NCBI RefSeq assembly: GCF_006345805.1
Contig: NC_043026.1
Coordinates: 8,494,001 to 8,558,000, forward strand
Direction: 5' to 3'
Length of the DNA: 64,000 bases
From: Octopus sinensis
Lineage: Eukaryota
The translations under genes were made by a program, and so were the position numbers. Each line of letters starts with the position of its first letter. Position 1 is the first letter of the stretch. The notes under the pieces were generated by a model. That model was not told the origin of the DNA. It did no database searches and saw nothing but the letters and a program-made list of their open reading frames with translations. This document shows, piece after piece, positions 61,020 to 64,000 of the stretch.

Positions 61020-61065
<46 letters not shown>

Positions 61066-61557
61066 TGTGTGTTTGTCCCTCTGGCATTGCGTGACAATCG
61101 ATGCTGGTGTGTTTATGTCCCCGTTACTTAGCGGTTCGGCAAAAGGGACCGATAGAATAAGTACTGGGCTTACAAAAAGAATAAGTCTCGGGGTCGAGTT
61201 GCTCGATTAAATTAAGCGGTGCTCCAGCATGGCCGCAGTCAAATGACTGAAACAAGTAAAAGAGAGTACACAAACAAGAATAAGCACGTGCACCCACGGG
61301 TACAAACACGCTGGCACACCCACAAACAAGAACGTGTACACAGACAGACGAACATGTACACACACGCACAACCCATTAGCTTTTCCTACCCATTGTCAGT
61401 TGACAAGACAACATGCGGTCACGGAAAAAAACCGAATCCATTGTTTAGATTTTTGCGAGGGAAAACGAAAGATCGCCATTGTTTTTAAAAATTCTAATTC
61501 TTTAAATTTTTAAATTTTGTTTCCGTTTCAATCGTGCCATAAATCAATAAATTGGTA

Positions 61558-61891
61558 CTACTTGAGAACAGCGGTACCGGTGCGCGCACTCGCATAGTCG
61601 CGCATCCGCGCTAGCTAGTCGTGACTAGTCGATCCTACAACGACTACGTAGCAAAGTAAATAAAACACAAAATAAATAATTTTTGTTAAACAAAGTAAAT
61701 AATTTTTTAATTAAAGTAAATATCATCTAGGCGAAGGAGTGGCTGTGTGGTAAGTAGCTTTCTTACCAACCACATGGTTCCGGGTTCAGTCCCACTGCGT
61801 GGCACCTTGGCCAAGTGTCTTCTGCTATAGCCTCGGGCCGACCAAAGCCTTGTGAGTGGATTTGGTAGACGGAAACTGAAAGAAGCCTGTC

Positions 61892-61949
<58 letters not shown>

Positions 61950-62232
61950 CTGTGTTTGTCCCCCTAGCATTACTTGACAACCGATGCTGGTGTGTTTTCT
62001 TTCCCGTCACTTAGCAGTTCGGCATAAGGGACCGATAGAATAAGTACTGGGCTTACAAAGAATAAGTCCCGGGGTCGATTTGCTCGACTAAAAGGCAGTG
62101 CTCCAGCATGGCCGCAGTCAAAATGACTGAAACAAGTAACAGAGAAAAGAAGTAGAAACACAAAGTAAGGATCGACTAGTCATGCCTAGCTAGTGCGGAT
62201 GCGCGCACCGGGACCACTGTCGTCAAGTAGCA
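61558..62232. mobile_element. MITE with GC-rich ~75-bp TIRs and a nested SINE
   Basis: ctacttgagaacagcggtaccggtgcgcgca...gactagtcgatcct vs aggatcgactagtc...tgcgcgcaccgggaccactgtcgtcaagtag. Confidence 0.7.
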
Positions 62233-63064
62233 CCCAATAAAATATCTCTCTGTCTATCTACTGTCTGCCTTATCTCTGTATTTATGTATCTATCTCTTTA
62301 TCTTTCTATCTTTAACCTTTCACTCCATTAACTCTCTTTCTTTTTAATGTTATCGAATTCTCGTTTAAGTCTCGTCCGCAAACACGAGATTTAATATTTG
62401 CTGCGGAATTAGAATCTCGCCAGATCAAAATGGTGTAGAAATAAAGAAGAAATTTTTTTAGAAATCATAAAACGTGAATTTTCTCCCGTTTGAATCTTTC
62501 TTTCATCCGATCCATCTCAGAAATTATAAAACGTGAGCTTTCTTCCCGTTCCAGCTCTTCCTTTATCAAATACATCTTCTCAGAAATTATCTGTAAGTGT
62601 TTTTAACCCAAAATTTATGATTTTTCCTTTTTTTTCTCAATTATTTAATATGAAAACAATTCTTGTTTCTCTCTTCAATGCCCAATTTTCTGGGTTTTTT
62701 TCTTTTTACATCGTAATCCTTTCGTGGCCCTCTCGCCTTTGGTGCGGATCTTAAACTGCGACTTCATTCTTCATTCAAGCCTTTTTCTTTATAATGTTTT
62801 CGTTTGTCAAAGAATTTGTAGCAACCCAGAAGACACGTTTTTGATCATCGTTCGTCTACTCAGGCAGGATCGTCCTGTGGCTACAAAATCTCCGTTGAAG
62901 CCGCTACAAGGTTGCTCCACCAGCTAGAGACAGCACCCAAATTTACCCTCAAATGACCCCTTTCGATTTTTGAAAATATGTTATCATCTGCTCTGTAGAG
63001 TAACACGTAGTTTTACACAGTACGGAGGTGTAGATGTCTGTAAATATGTCGATATTTACACAAA

Positions 63065-63480
63065 ATAAGGCGGCGAGCTGGCAGAATCGTTAGCACGCCG
63101 GGCGAAATGCGTAGCCGTATTTCGTCTGTCTATACGTTCCGAGTTCAAATTCCGTCGAGGTCGACTTTGCCTTTCATCCTTTCGGGGTCGATAAATTAAG
63201 TACCAGTTACGCACTGGGGTCGATGTAATCGACTTAATCCCTTTGTCCTTGTTTGTCCCCTCTGTGTTTCGCCCCTTGTGGGTAGTAAAGAAATAGGTAT
63301 TTCGTCTGCCGTTACGTTCCGAGTTCAAATTCCGCCGAGGTCGACTTTGCCTTTCATCCTTTCGGGGTCGATAAATTAAGTACCAGTCACGCACTGGGGT
63401 CGATGTAATCGACTTTAATCTCTTTGTCCTTGTTTGTCCCCACTGTGTTTAGCCCCTTGTGGGTAGTAAAAAAAATAGAT
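63065..63480 (+). mobile_element. SINE dimer
   Basis: Head aaggcggcgagctggcagaa plus two body units. Confidence 0.8.
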
Positions 63481-64000
63481 ATTTACACAAATTTGTGCAA
63501 TGTAATTTTAATAACAAATTTCAAAACGAAATTTCAGTTGTTCAGATAAATGTTTATAACTACAGCTGATCAGTGTAGGAACGTATAAGAGTTAAGTTCT
63601 CATTCTCAAATACCAATTGTTTTAGTAACCTCCGTAGCTTATACTGTTTCTCTCTTATTTCAGGATATTGGATGACATTGTTACTAAAGAATTATATATT
63701 ACCGCGGATTTATCATCTTTCAAAGATTAACAGCACGGGATAAAGAACAGATATTCCAATCATTATCATCGTTTAACGTCCGCTCTCCAAGCTGGCATGG
63801 GTTAGCCCGTTTCATAGGAGCTGGCCGTCCAGAAGACTACACCAAACTTGTGTGTCTGTTTTTTTACATGATTCTTACAGTTGGGTGTCCTTCCCAACAC
63901 CAACCACCCTGCAGAAAGATCTGAGTGCATTTTACGTGGTAGAATTACTTGAAAATCATCATCATCATCATTTAACGTCCGTTTTCCATGCTAGCATGGG

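Noticed and set aside
63665-63760. Possible plus-strand exon after tttctctcttatttcag
   Set aside because: Short frames only, with no donor and no homology support.

Overview
AT-rich, repeat-dense animal genomic DNA. The tRNA-derived SINE families, RTE/CR1 LINE tails and very large microsatellites point to an octopod cephalopod (Octopus); this is an inference, not a database result. The only convincing host genes are three close paralogues of one large gene whose coding sequence lies in a single ~5.3-kb exon. Copy A (minus strand, <1..4223) is interrupted by an 8-nt deletion and an in-frame TAG and runs off the window edge. Copy B (minus, 26652..31997) is intact at 1781 aa. Copy C (plus, 54500..59850) has one 1-nt frameshift. 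The protein has a basic NLS-like, helical N-terminus followed by what look like six tandem NHL/TolB-like beta-propellers, with no RING, B-box, signal peptide or transmembrane segment. The copies are a patchwork: different segments pair A-B, B-C or A-C. Propellers 4 and 6 are hypervariable, and the lesions would give 1-, 2- and 6-propeller products. I take this cluster to be the best candidate for an undescribed system, possibly a diversifying intracellular recognition family. The spacers are transposon debris: mariners, RTE/CR1 fragments, SINE multimers, MITEs, Helentron-like elements and a solo LTR. Among them are several unusual structures: a 5'-inverted (twin-primed) RTE insertion with its TSD, a back-to-back pair of hammerhead ribozyme motifs, TE-derived satellites, (TA)n-associated templated inverted insertions and a triple-arm palindrome. 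All domain and family calls are by eye; no searches were run.
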